From: Octopus vulgaris
Lineage: Eukaryota
Length of the DNA stretch: 64,000 bases
NCBI GenBank assembly: GCA_951406725.2
Contig: OX597815.1
Coordinates: 41,726,001 to 41,790,000 of the forward strand
Reading direction: 5' to 3'
The notes beneath the pieces were generated by a model. That model did no database searches, was not told the origin of the DNA, and saw only the letters and a program-made list of their open reading frames with translations. Positions 1-12,729 of this stretch are shown here, piece by piece. Numbering within the stretch: position 1 is the stretch's first letter; every line of letters starts with the position of its first letter. Both the position numbers and the translations under genes were made by a program.

Positions 1-270
1 ATCACAAGGTTGTGAGTTCAATTTCCAGCAGTGCATTGTGTCCTCGAGAAAAACACTTTATTTCACATTGCTGCAGTCTACTTAGTTGGCAAAAATGAGT
101 TGTACCTGTAATTCAATGGGTCAATCTTGTCACATTTTGTGTTGCGCTGAATCTCTCTGAAAACTACTACACATGTCTGTGGAGTGCTCAGCCACTTGCA
201 CAATTTCACGAGCAGGCTGCTCCGCTGATCAAATCAACTGGAACTCTTATCATAACCAAAGGAGTGCCAG
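1..270 (+). mobile_element. tRNA-derived SINE (head cut by window edge), 3' tail shared with copies at 19372 and 45137
   Basis: B-box-like GAGTTCAATT, CORE-like TGTCCTCGAGAAAAACACTTTA; tail CATGTCTGTGGAGTGCTCAGCCACTT...GGAGTGCCA matches 45355-45455 and the reverse of 19372-19560. Confidence 0.75.
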
Positions 271-341
271 TTAAAGTTCTGGAATTATTATAATAAACTT
301 TTGTTTTTGTAGTGTATGAAAAGAAAATTAAGTTAACATAC

Positions 342-426
342 CATGTACATAATGTAAAGAAATTGCACTGGACTTCATAGTAATCCCTCGTAACTGTTCA
401 TCTTCTCTGCTGTCCATGTAACGGAT
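342..426 (-). CDS. EFL1: Elongation factor-like GTPase 1, coding exon 3 ([28 protein letters not shown]); gene continues beyond the left edge
   Basis: 85-nt exon bounded by tttgtAG and GTatgt; carries the RGIT switch-I motif of EF-2-family GTPases; in frame with the upstream exons. Confidence 0.93.
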
Positions 427-1843
427 CTACAAATTTCAAAACAAAGTTTTATTACTAAAATACAGTGATATTTCTAAAACAAAAATTGTTTTACTGTCAC
501 CAAATGCATTAAATAGTTTGATACAAAAACTAATTAAAACCAGGATAAAGAAATGCATTTTGGATATTGTGAACTTATTTGTAAGCTAGTTCTTTATTAC
601 ATTCAGAATATATAAATAAATATAAGACCTGAAGAGAATAGATAATCTCAAAAATAAAAAGACTTGTGATGATATTTTTGTTAAAAATTCAAACACAATC
701 TATAGATGCAGACATGGCCATGTAGTTGCTTCTCAACTATGCGTTTTCAGGTTCAGTCCCACAGTACAGTACCTTAGGTACTTCTACTATAGCTCTGGGC
801 CAATGCCTTGTGAGTAGGTTTGGTAGAAATATACCCATGTATATATTTCCCTTCCATCTATCAAAGGAAATACCAGCACACACAATGTCTTGACATCATG
901 TGATGGTTGTAAGCAAGTGTCACTGTTATACAAGTGATTTTGTTTGTTTCCAGTCCTCCATAAAAAACATGTCTGACCATTGGGAAATATCTTACTTGAA
1001 AACAGGTGAGGGTTAAAGACAGCAACAGCATCAAGCTACAGAAAAATCTGCCTCTGCAAATTCCATCTGACCCATGTAAGCATGGCAAAGTGGTGATGAT
1101 ATTTTGGTTTCAGTTCATACAAGTATACAAGTATAAAATACTCATTTACCAGTTTACCTTTAAAATACCAAAATAAATGTGAAGGCTAAAAGATGTCTTA
1201 ACCTTGAGTAGTTTAGACTCTAAAACGTCTTCACTACAGAGAGCTATTCCGAGATGATGTGGCTTTTAATCATTTACATTTAGATTTACAGAGATGTACT
1301 TGCATAACAAGTGATTTGATCTGAGATCATGCGCTGAAATTCCGAATTTTGTCAGTGAAGGGTCATGGTTTCAAAGCCACAAGAATATTTTGACAAACTA
1401 AATTAAAAATAACATGAATGAATAAGCATTGCATTTTCATATAGATTTCATGACAATTAGAAAAATTAGAAAGTAAGATGATGCATAAACCTATCCAACA
1501 CAGGTCAGAAGAAGATGAATTTTGTTTTTATTTCACAACACTAAGAAGAAGAATATCCTTAGCCTTACCAGTCCAATGCAATTATATTTAAGTTAATACA
1601 TGTAGGGAAAGATGTTGGCTGGAAGAGAATCTCAGAAGGCTGCAGATTTGGGGATAATGGATTAACCATAGAGTTTTGTACAAGGTGTCAATACTGAAAT
1701 GCAACATGAATGTAGGTGCCCTGGGTGGCTTATGGCAGGAGTGGTACACAGCTTGTTAGTTCAGTGGTATGATAGTTGATGGATCGTGAGCAACAACATA
1801 AAACAAGATAAAATTCATGAAAAAAAAACACAGAAATGATTAC

Positions 1844-1911
1844 CTTTCCAGACATCCTCTGGGAAATGATGCCATTACTAGCCACAAGATAATCAGCCAA
1901 GGTAGTCTTTC
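1844..1911 (-). CDS. EFL1: EFL1 coding exon 2 (GKTTLADYLVASNGIISQRMSGK)
   Basis: 68-nt exon, tttatAG / GTaatc; completes P-loop AHVDHGKTT; ASNGIIS..(L/M).GK is typical of EFL1/Ria1 rather than eEF2. Confidence 0.94.
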
Positions 1912-1997
1912 CTATAAAAAAATTATACATAATATAGATGGAAAAATGAAGCTACATAACGCAAATATATTTTGTTAATATAAAATAACTGTAAGAT

Positions 1998-2043
<46 letters not shown>

Positions 2044-3394
2044 TAAATTAGAGATAAAACCACTATTAGGCAAATCAAACAGTGAAAATTATAAGCCAAT
2101 ACATAGAAATAAAATTAATTAAAAAAATATAAAATTCCAAATTTTATATATATATATATATATATACATACACACACACAAAAATATATTACATGGCTAT
2201 TGGGTTTTTCCTTCATATTCAAATCTAACAAAGCTTAAAAGAAATATTTTAAATACATATTTATGTATGTATGTGTGTGCACACACAGAGAAATCAAACT
2301 TACAATAAAAAGAAATAATACTAAGAGCCCATTTTAGAGCCCTAACACATAGGTGTATATAACTATTTAATTATCTAGATACAGTCATCTCTCTTACAAC
2401 ACAATATAGATTTTGACTAAACTATATTATAAAATATATCTGAAACAGACATAACAACTATGCTCAGACATCCAGTTAGAGAGCAGTCTCTCAATATGAA
2501 CAACAATCAACACTTATATCCAATGTCCATTGTGCTGTAGGACAATTAGGTTATGGACATTAAGAACTTTTAGTCCAACTTTTTATTTATTTTTTGTATG
2601 GTTGAAAACAGTGTCCTTTCTTAATTAAAGGCACGTGTTTGGTGTTCATCTCTATAAGTATACTGAGAAACTTATGAAAGCATATGGAAGGGTTCTTGGT
2701 CTTATTTTTCAGTGTTGTTTCATAGTGCATATGGATGAGGACAGCTGCATAAAGAAGAGCTGATCTCTAACTAGAGGGTACTAGATGCTTTTTATGTGGT
2801 ATTATCACCAGTGCTTTTTAGGTGGCATAAGTACCCACACTAATGCTCAAAAGCAATAAGGCATGGCTGATCAATTATGGAGGAAAAAGGAAAATTACCA
2901 ACTCATGTGAAACAAAGTCAAAATAATAGATAAGAAACAACATTCAGAGATAAAATGGCTCAAAGAGATAGATTGTGAACTAGGCTTTGATAAGTTCTTC
3001 AGTAGGGCTAGCATAGAAACGAACACCATATTGGTATCTTTAATGAAAAGAGTAAGAACATTAAATGTGTAACTATAAAAAGTAAAAAAGAAGTTAGGTT
3101 TAAAGTTCCTAATTTACATCTCATAATTGTTCTGCAGGACATGACATAGTGAATATAATCAATGCTTATATTTACTATCAGTATTGGTTAAGTACTTTAA
3201 TTTACTCACCGGATGAACATTCAATTACTGCTGTTCTGTCTTTCTCCCCATACATATATATACACACACATGCATTCATATATATCATCATCGTTTAACG
3301 TCCGCTTTCCATACTAGCATGGGTTGGACGATTTGACTGAGGGCTACACCAGGCTTCAATCTTGATCTGACAGAGTTTCTACAGCTGGATGCCC

Positions 3395-3446
<52 letters not shown>

Positions 3447-3757
3447 CACATCTATGCATACATGCTTTGGTTCAAGTGAAGTAAGCAAACAATATCACAA
3501 ACAGGAAAACATATAATATAAGAGTATCTGTGTTATGGACAACAATCTAACCCCATGGATTAAATAAACAGTAAGAGCATTATTGAATACAACAGGCATC
3601 TAAGTACACCAGAGGGCACAACAGCCAGAATATTGTGACTATAACAACTAAGACAATAACAATGTCCAGAAATATTGGTGTATAATACTAAATACTACAC
3701 ACTCAATGAATTTAAACACAGTTCAGTGGCTTTAAGTAATTTATCAGCATTACTTAC

Positions 3758-3851
3758 CATGATCAACATGAGCTAAAATACAAATGTTACGGATGTTTTG
3801 AGGTGTTTTTTGAAGTTTAGCCAATTTTTCAGCAGTGGTGGTCCTCATCAT
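3758..3851 (-). CDS. EFL1: EFL1 first coding exon ([32 protein letters not shown]); exon acceptor at 3866-3867
   Basis: ATGs at 3851 and 3848, donor GTAAGT, upstream polypyrimidine-AG (exon 3758-3865); [13 protein letters not shown] motif. Confidence 0.93.
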
Positions 3852-5239
3852 TCAAGAATTGTAATCTGAAAAAGAGGTTTTATATTAATAATGTTTATTT
3901 CCACAAAAATCAAATAATAGTACTTTTAATGGAATTAGGAAGGGCATCCAGCCATAGAAACCAAGCAAAAACAGACTGTGGACCCTGGCCATGCCAGGAT
4001 GGAAAACAGTTATTAAATGCTGATTTTGGTGGTGATGATTAAATTGACATGAATAACAAACACAAACATTTATTTTTTTAGTTTTCTCACGTCATATTAG
4101 TGAATTTGGATAGGAGACTGTGTTGAGCTTGGTCAATGGGCCACATTGGTTCTTGGGGAGTAAACTTAATCCATCACCTCTTGGTATTGGTGCCTTTAGT
4201 AGAATCCATTCTATTGCAAGTCTCCTAGAAAAGCTGCCTTCCCCATGGCTTTGTCAAAATAACAAGAGCCTCCGCTGCCCCTGTGAAATCTATTTAACCC
4301 ATAGATGGAACTCTGATGGGTACTACTGCTCTGAGTCAGAACAGACCTGGGAGTAATGGTAATTAAGGGCTAAGTGGTGACTCCATGCTCTCTAAAACCC
4401 CCAAACTGGAACCTCACCACTTGGTGCAGTTTAAAGTCATACCCAGTGCAAACATATATACATTGATATATATATATCAATCTATACATATAAATTTGAC
4501 ATGGGCGATTCTTTGTCTTGGGATTCATGGTCAAACGGTTGGGTGGAATTGTATGAAAAATTAGATGTGTAGAATGATCCAGTGGTGATGCTGGGCTTTG
4601 TATTTTTTCATAGTTCCCATGGTTACCAAGATAATCTACTATAATAATACTCTTGTGCTTATGAATGAGAAAGGAAGGAGTGATAGATGAATAAGGAAAG
4701 AAGGAATAATGTCATACTTGGTAGTGGGATGATGAAAATTGTATGCTGAAAAAATAAATCAAGCAGCATTTCAACTCTGAATACATGTGTGTATGTAATG
4801 GGCGGGGGGTATGTGAATGTGTGTGTGTGTGCAGTGGAAGTGGGATGGTTCATCTTTGTTCACTTAGTATTAGGGTTTATTTTTTCATTTGGTTGAATCT
4901 TGGTTTTCTTTTTTTTTTGTTGGTCAGTTACTTTTAGTGTTTTGACAGAAAAAAGTCATTCTAAAATTGTTTTTTAACCTAAGTCGAATGCTTACACAGC
5001 AGGTTTTACAGTCAACCACATCATCCAAACCAACCAGGTGAAACTGGGCTTAGCTGCTAGTATACATATATATAATGTGCACACACATGTATATACTTGT
5101 GTGTGTATAGACAAGAGTATATATGTGCATGCATATATATATATATATACACACACACATCCCATATATGTGAACTGAATTCAGGATTCGGCATTCTTGC
5201 CCAAGATTCCAATGTGGACTGATAGCATAGAAACTCACA

Positions 5240-5500
5240 TCGTTTCAGTCATTAGAATGCAGCCATGATGGAGCACCCCCTTTTAGTCGAAGAAATCAAC
5301 CCCAACACTTAGTTTTTAAACCTGATACCTTTTTTGCTGGACTGCTAAATTATGGGGAAGCAAACACATACAAGATGGGCTTCTTTCAGTTTCTGTCTAC
5401 CAAGTCCACTCAGTAGAAGACACTTGATCAAGGTGCCACACAATGGGACTGAACCCAAGGTCACATGGTTGGGAAGCAAGCTTCTTAAACACCCATGCTT
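5240..5500 (-). mobile_element. Family-A SINE (tRNA-like head, CORE-like CCTTG..CAAGTGTCTT, internally deleted)
   Basis: Matches copies at 8015-8414, 46195-46600 and 61832-62186. Confidence 0.75.
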
Positions 5501-5639
5501 GCACCTATAGATCTTGAAAATGACTTCATACCATATGGTTAACTCAATAAACAAAAGTAACACAGCAAACTATTGTCTATTGTTCTATTTAAAATGACTC
5601 AACCAAATTACATCATAACTCTAAAAGAAAACGAGAGTG

Positions 5640-5960
5640 ATAAAATGTACATTTAAAATTGACATCGTCACCACTCCCCCAAACGTAGGAGTTATGATGT
5701 AAGCACATGTTGAAATCCCTCATAACATTTTTTTTTTATTTTTATGAATTTTCACAAAATGTTTTCAGTCAGGAACAAGTTGCTGGTAACCTTTCTTCAC
5801 CACTCTTCCAACTTCATTTTCACTCTTAAAAAGGCTTTCATCTACCTGAACTATATGATTCGGTCCACCTAATTTCTTTTTGTCTATCAATAATTTTTAG
5901 GTACCTATTTCCCTGCAATATTCGTACCACTAGACAGCTGTCTGTCTGCTAATACTGTTC
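5640..5960 (-). pseudogene. Merlin/IS1595(ISXO2)-like DDE transposase remnant
   Basis: Minus strand reads AV*WYEYCREIGT*KLLIDKKKLGGPNHIVQVDESLFK, matching the W...CRE...(I/L)GGPG.IVE(I/V)DES.F motif; in-frame stops. Confidence 0.65.
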
Positions 5961-7094
5961 ATGGACATGCAGCTTGTCCCTGGCGTTTCACATATGAAAT
6001 CCAGGGTTATGTGAAAAAGTGTGAAGACTGTCAATTGACTTTTTGCTAAAAATGAAGTTGGTGAAGTTTTGGATACTTGGACTATATGATAACAGGGTAA
6101 AGAAGGGTTACCTGCAACTTGGGTTCAGTCCCATTGTGTGGCACCTTGATCAAGTGTCTTCTACTGAGTGGACTTGGTAGACAGAAACTGTTACAGATAG
6201 TTTATTTTAATAACAATTTTCTGATAGTAAATGATTTTCTCATACGCGCGCATGCGCGATTGTTTAAAAAGTTTTTCACTTTTGATTTCGATGTATTTAA
6301 AAAATTATAAAGAGAAACGAATGACAGAATCGGACCCTGATACTAACACTAATTTTAAAAACAAGAATTTTAAAAAATATATAGAAAAACAGTGGAAAGT
6401 AAGGGGAGGGGGTCATAATCATATTAATTCCATTATACGGAAAACAGGGTCGAAAAAATTTCGTGAAAATTCGTAATAAAAAAAAAAATCTAGAAAACTA
6501 GATAAAAGATTGAAATTTTAAAAAAATCTTTTATGTACTAACACTGACTATTATTTTATTTGTACAGGACACTTGTACATTAGAGATGTATAAACAGTAA
6601 TTTACTCCTTTACGGCATTCAAATCAAACATTTTTTGTGACGAAAGGTACCCTATCGTGATTAGATTTCATAATAAAAGAAAACTTATTACAAGATAAAA
6701 AGATATCAGTTTTAACTGCTCAAAACAGAAACTCATTTGAAATAAAATAATACGTAAAAGATCTTGAAGTTATTACGTTTATATAAATGACTATCTTGAA
6801 ATTAATTATTCACCTGTAAAAGACTTGAGGAAGAGTAGATTTATTTATTTGTGATTTTAAACTAATAACATTTCAAAAATATACAACACAGATACTGATA
6901 ATGTGAGCAAGCACGTTAAAGTGTAAGGAATTAAGGAAATCTTTGAGAAGTGGTCGCTCAAGCTACAAGAAACAGCAACCTAGTAATCTCTCTCTCAAAT
7001 CACTCCATACTGTCTTAAATGAGGAAAAGCGCGTGGAATAATGCGCTCTTGGACATACCAAACGATGGGGTAGTCACAGCTGGAATGACTTTAA

Positions 7095-7478
7095 GGCGAT
7101 CTTTCGTCTCTAGTACACCTTTCCGTCGATTTCCGTTAAAATTTTTTTTTTTACATATGGGCTTGCGGGAACTTTTGAAGTAATATACATACATATACAC
7201 ATACACCGAGTAAAAAATTTCAGTTATCTCTTTCTTTCACACACACTAACAGAAGCACTTCACTTACACAACATACTGTCTGTCTCCCACACCCCATCAA
7301 ACACACACATGTACATCAATGCACGGTAACTCCAAAAGAACTTCCCTCGTCATACAATCGCTTTCTCTTAGTCTCTTTCGCTCTCATTACTTCAAAAGTT
7401 CCCGCAAGCCCATATGTGAAAAAAAAAATTTTTTTTACGGAAATCGACGGAAAGGTCTACTAGAGACGAAAGATTGCC
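7095..7478. mobile_element. MITE with ~90-bp terminal inverted repeats (GGCGATCTTTCGTCTCTAG...CTAGAGACGAAAGATTGCC)
   Basis: 7095-7183 is the near-perfect reverse complement of 7386-7478; no clear TSD. Confidence 0.75.
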
Positions 7479-7718
7479 CAAAATCAAATATTCCAACCGG
7501 CAATAAGTAAACTAAATATCTGAAGCAAAAAAAAGTATGACTAACATTAAAAAAAGTGACTAACAGCTAACAGTATGTTTCACGACAAAAGAACTAATTT
7601 CATTTTATAAACAGATCTAAATAGGAAAGGCGAATCAGGCATTTTGCGAACGTGACTACTGAAATAGCGATTAAATATACTTAAAGAGTAAGTAAATATA
7701 CAGTAATATAGAACTTAC

Positions 7719-7900
7719 CGATATTGTAAACTTGGACTATTTCAGGAATAAGCATACCACAAAATATTAATGATGAAATAGTTTTCTTTTCAGATGTAAT
7801 ATAAATATATTTGATAGCATTGCACAACATGTGAGCAATCGTCAACCTTAATGGCATTAACTGACACCTGGTGGGATAACTGCGAGTTATCTCCCCTCGT
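7719..7900 (-). promoter_or_regulatory. EFL1: Putative EFL1 non-coding first exon and promoter
   Basis: Consensus donor CG|GTAAGT at 7718; CpG-containing unique sequence; imperfect palindrome GGGATAACT-GCG-AGTTATCTCCC at 7873-7895; the coding exon at 3865 has an acceptor that needs an upstream exon. Confidence 0.5.
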
Positions 7901-8014
7901 TTATGAGGTACGCTATTGCTTGGTTACAGATGATGACTCGTTAGACTTTTAACATATTCTATTCCAAAGAGTTCTTTTAGGACTGCACCGTTTTCACAAT
8001 TTATTTATTTGTTT

Positions 8015-8414
8015 CTCTTTTACTCTTTTACTCGTTTCAGTCATTTGACTGCGGCCATGCTGGAGCACCGCCTTTAATCGAGCAACTCGACCCCGGGACT
8101 CATTCTTTTGTAAGCCCAGTACTCATTTTATCGGTCTCTTTTGCCGAACCGCTAGTTACGGGGACATAAACACACCAGCATCGGTTGTCAAGCAATGCTA
8201 GGGGGACAAACACACTCACACAAACACACACGCATATATATATATATACATATATACGACGGGCTTCTTTCAGTTTCCATCTACCAAATCCACTCACAAG
8301 GCTTTGGTCGGTCCGAGGCTATAGTAGAAGACACTTGCCCAAGATGCCGCGCTGTGGGACTGAACCCGGAACCATGTGGTTCGTAAGCAAGCTACTTACC
8401 ACACAGCCACTCCT
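8015..8414 (-). mobile_element. Full-length family-A SINE with internal (TA)n(TG)n tract
   Basis: Head GAGTGGCTGTGTGGTAAG...GGGTTCAGTCCC (A/B boxes), CORE-like domain, tail ...GACTGAAACGAGTAAAAGAGTAAAAGAG; more than 10 copies or fragments in the window. Confidence 0.85.
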
Positions 8415-8448
8415 ATCAAAATTAAAAACTATTTTTGCGAAATACTTC

Positions 8449-9955
8449 GGCGGAGGTAAAGATTTTTCTTTGCGATTTTTAAAACTTTTTTTACAGGAAC
8501 ACGCTATATCGAAGGCGGAGATTCCGAATTTGCAAAGAAATCTGCATTTCAAAATTTAACACCCCCCCCCCCCACTAAATTTCTTAAATTTCCCCTTTTT
8601 TTTAAAAAAAATTTCTTTTGGCGAAATACATAGAAAGATACTACAGAGATTATGTTTCTGGGGAAAAAATTCTGTAGAATTTCAATTTTTCAAAATAAAA
8701 AAAACAAAACATCCGTCCCCCTTCGCCCTATGACAAAAGTGAAATTAAAGTGTTTTCTCTGCTAATGTTTCATGACGAACATGTGGTTGACGGTCTTTTG
8801 GAAGAGAGGTATATACAAATTACACTTTTTGCACACATACACACACACACACAATAAAATTACATTAAAATTTTTATTTTTCTCTTTTGATAATTCGTAT
8901 TTAGAAAGTTGATCCTCGATTCGGCTGTTGTTTCTAGCTTGTCAGATTTCCGTTTGGGGCGTATTTATAATAATAAACATTGTGTACAGTGCTCAGGTGC
9001 ACTACAACTCATCTAAAGTGCATATATAATCAGGTGTAGTTTCGACGGATTTCGGAAAGCATGAGGGCCTTAAAGGATGCAGTGTCATGGCAGTCAACAA
9101 CTGACGCAGGGAGTTTATTCCATGCTTCAGCAACTCTGAGCGTGAAGAAATGTTTCCGAAAGTCATGGGAGCTGTGTTGTTTTCTGACTTTGTAGGCATG
9201 TCCACGTGTGTTAGACACATGGAGATCAAAAAGGTGTTCAGTGTTGTTATTGGTGAGGTGGTTGACAACTTTGTGGGCGTTTACCAAGTCCGTCGCCAGA
9301 CGCCGGAGCTTCAGTGAATCCATGCCCAGGGAAACAAGGCGCTCAGAATATGGTAGGTGTCTGATGGAGGGTATGCGTTTGGTTGCACGTCTCTGAAAAG
9401 ATTCCAGGAGGTCAATGTTCTGAGCAAGATAGGGGTTCCAAACTGATGATGCGAATTCCAAGTGTGGTCGTACCATAGCTGTATACAGTTTTAAATAAAT
9501 TTTGAAATTTTTTCTTCTTTGGTAACTCGTATTAAAATTTTGAAAACGCGTTTCTAGCATGTCAGGTTTTCTGTTTAGATACTTTTTGCGTCTGCTATTT
9601 TATAATTCTGTGCATGCGTGAAACATTAGTAGAGAAAACACTTTAATTTCACTTCTTGTCATTCATAGGGCGGAGGGGAAAGGTGTTTATTATTTCTTTT
9701 TGAAAAATTGAAATTTTACAAAATTTTTGTTTTCAGAATCATAATCTCCATATTTTTCTACGTATTTCGCCTAAACAAATGTTTTTTCTTTTAAGTGAAA
9801 ATTTAAGAAATTTAGGAGTGGGGGATATAAATTTTGAAATGCAGATTTTTTTTGCAGATTCGGAATCTCCGCCCTCTATATTGTGTATTCATGTGAAAAT
9901 AACCCCCACCCACTAAATCCCAAAGGGGGTGCGGTCCATGATCTTTACCTCCGCC
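8449..9955. mobile_element. MULE-like non-autonomous element with ~330-bp TIRs, interrupted by a CR1 LINE
   Basis: Termini GGCGGAGGTAAAGAT / ATCTTTACCTCCGCC; arms 8449-8775 and 9618-9955 are inverted; flanks AATACTTC / AATACTAT (degenerate TSD). Confidence 0.75.
8966..9500 (-). mobile_element. 5'-truncated CR1-group LINE, open 3' end of ORF2
   Basis: ORF 9030-9560: LYTAMVRPHLEFASSVWNPY...LESFQRRATK...LPYSERL...TRGHAYK...FFTLRVAEAWNKLP; (ATT)n-type tail. Confidence 0.9.
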
Positions 9956-10379
9956 AATACTATTTACACTTCGAGTTGCTATGAGATAATGTTTTTTTTC
10001 TTCTTTTTTTTTTTTCAGGTCTATGATGGAATTAAATCTAAATATGAGTTTCTAATGTTTATAATGAGGTTCGGGTTGAAAGTAAAATTGAAGTATTTCA
10101 AGTGTATTGTTCAGAGATCGTTTTTCATATTTAACACATAAAGCGCGACGGGCCATGATCGTGGTCATCAGGCACAGGTTGACAGGCCACGATCGTGACC
10201 CAGATAGCTGCATTTAATTTATCTTTGTAGCATCTCAGGGATTTAGCTCAGCCAAACCTTTTAAAGTCAGTGATACGATTTGCATAATCTCTTATGAAAT
10301 CTAATTTCATAAAAGGTAAATAAAATTATTAATAAAGATATATAATATTTTTTTACGCACAAGTTCCTTGAGACAGGGA

Positions 10380-10880
10380 ATGTATTTCACGTGTCCAACT
10401 AAAGTAAAATCATTGAGAAACACTGGGCGAACTTTCTGGGTACTTGAGAAGAACAAAGTTGTACCGTTTGGTTGCTGACTAAAATAACCGCGCTGACAGT
10501 GGACATCTGGGTAGTTATACCTTGCACACTGATGTTGGGAGTAGCATCAAAAACTTACACTGCTTAATATCTTCTAAAAAGCCAAAATGGTGTAGGAAAT
10601 CAGTTCCTAAAATAGCACTTGGCAATTTAACGATGGAAAAAATCTATTAATAAAACTTGACGCAGGCCTAAGTCCAGAGTAAAAGACTATTTGCCAAAGT
10701 TGGAATCGGAGAATGGTTGACTGCCTGTAGAAGAATTGGTGTGGGTTTCCTGATAAATGGTGTTAGGGATACTGGTATGATGCTTACTTCGGCGCCTATG
10801 CCGACAGGGAAACGGTTGTCTGTAGAACGGTCGAAAAAGTGACTTTGAGATTTTTGATGTAGACAAACTATCAACCATAA
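10380..10880 (-). pseudogene. Ty3/Gypsy pol remnant (aspartic protease region)
   Basis: DRSTDNRFPVGIGAEVSIIP...LQAVNHSPI...ILGTDFLHHFG: degenerate (LV)DTGA.VS and ILG.DFL motifs. Confidence 0.65.
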
Positions 10881-12336
10881 TACGAACATTTATCTTTTTT
10901 CAAATTCGTTGCAGTTGGTATTTAAGTAACAATTGAATAAAACCTGAAACAAGCTATTGATTATCTTTCATGACTTCATTTAATACATTCTGTAATTATT
11001 TAGTTTGTTAGAAGCCTGGCAATACTTCTATAAACAAAAAAGATTGTAAACATCCTTGTAGGATGACATGACAACAGTCTCATTCAACAACACCAAAACG
11101 TAAACAGCTCACAATTAAAAACCTTCGCAGCATCTACATACCAAAGCTCACATCTGATAACCTCTGCTGGAGACTGCATATTTATAACAATGTCATAACA
11201 AGTACACCGAAGGACCTTTTTTTTTCCGTGAAGTCAGAAACTTACTGGGAAGGTGAGACTAATATATATGCAAACAAAGACTGCATCAAAGAAAAGTGGG
11301 AGGGTCTGATTAATAGGCAAATTTCCTATCACTAACACACTGCACCAATACACAGTATTTTCTCTCGATTCTTTTATTGCTTTCTTTTCTTCTTTAAACA
11401 AGTATTCAACATATCACCTTCTACATAAGCTCATTGAGTCATCTGTCTCTTCTCGCAGCATCTTTCTTTAATGCGTCGGATAAAATGTTTGGAGAGTTTA
11501 GTTACGACTTTTTATGTTCTAGCTTCAAATCCTGCAGAGGTCAACTTGGTCTTTCATATTTTCGAGGAGGATTCACCTAATCTTTTATCCCAAAATTGTA
11601 GCTCTCTGAGACTTTCTCATTGCTTATTGAGCCAGTTGTTTCTTTGATAGCACAAATATTGAAGAGCTTACGAAAGTTATGCGTATGCTTTTCTCAAAGG
11701 AAGTATTTTTGAAAATCAAGAAAAATTGATCTGAACAAGTATTGAAACCATACCACAGACTATCAGACTCTAAACTTAAGTTTAACAGATTATTGGTTTG
11801 ACTGTAAAAGGAACTATAGAAATTAAAGATACGGATTTCATAAGTGGGCATCTAAAAAGAAATTTTCCATATCAAGAAAGAATTTTAAAATATCTTACTG
11901 TCAAAATGTAAGTTCATATGCCATTAACATCAACTTCAGCGCTGTTTCTTTAAAACATTATTTAGTAAAAGTTTTCCTGCACCACTGAAGACTAGCCATG
12001 TGGATTCACTTGAGCCACATTCTTTGTGAATAAATTCTGCTCATTCCAACGTGACGTTATTAAGTACAATTAGACTGCAGAATAAAAAGCGTGTTACTAA
12101 TTACAAAGACATTGCAAATAGGATGTATCGATCAAGGGCCCAGGAATAGGGGTGCAGGGTGCACTTGCACACTCTAAAATTTTCTGGGGCTCCAAAATTC
12201 AATATTGGATTCCCAACTTACCTTTCCCAGTCTTAGAAATTAGGAACGAAGAGCTAAAATAAATAAAAAGAAAACACCCCCAAATTCCGAGGAAGATATA
12301 TTACTGAGTTAAAGCATCATCAACATTAAAAAATTC

Positions 12337-12375
<39 letters not shown>

Positions 12376-12476
12376 AATGAGGTAATCAGATCGGATGGTT
12401 CATATTTATAGATATTTATTTATATATTACATTTTTTACATATATATCTATCATATCATTCAGATCATATCATTCG

Positions 12477-12518
12477 GATTATTAGCGCTTTCTCCCAATC
12501 CAGTGGGGTTTTCAAATC
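12477..12518 (-). ncRNA. Degenerate minimal type-I hammerhead-like motif
   Basis: GATT-TGAAAA-CCCCA ctggat TGGGA-GAAA-GCGC-TA-ATAATC; core mutated relative to CUGANGA. Confidence 0.35.
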
Positions 12519-12729
12519 AAATCAATTCCTTTGTGGGGAATTTGAACATTTTATAGAGTTTCGTAGCAGATATATATATATATATATAAATTAGAGAAAA
12601 AAACACTATTATGCAATTCAAACAGTGGTATACATAAACCAAATCATAAATAAAAAATAAAATATATTTTTATAAAACATATAACTAGATCACAAAAAGT
12701 ATAAAAATGAATAATCAATATATGTTAGT

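Noticed and set aside
623-665. CTGAAGA...hairpin...AAAA hammerhead-like motif
   Set aside because: Lacks G12 and convincing stems I and III
6247-6258. NRF1-like palindrome CGCGCATGCGCG
   Set aside because: Isolated, ~1.5 kb from the presumed TSS and probably inside a repeat; no supporting evidence
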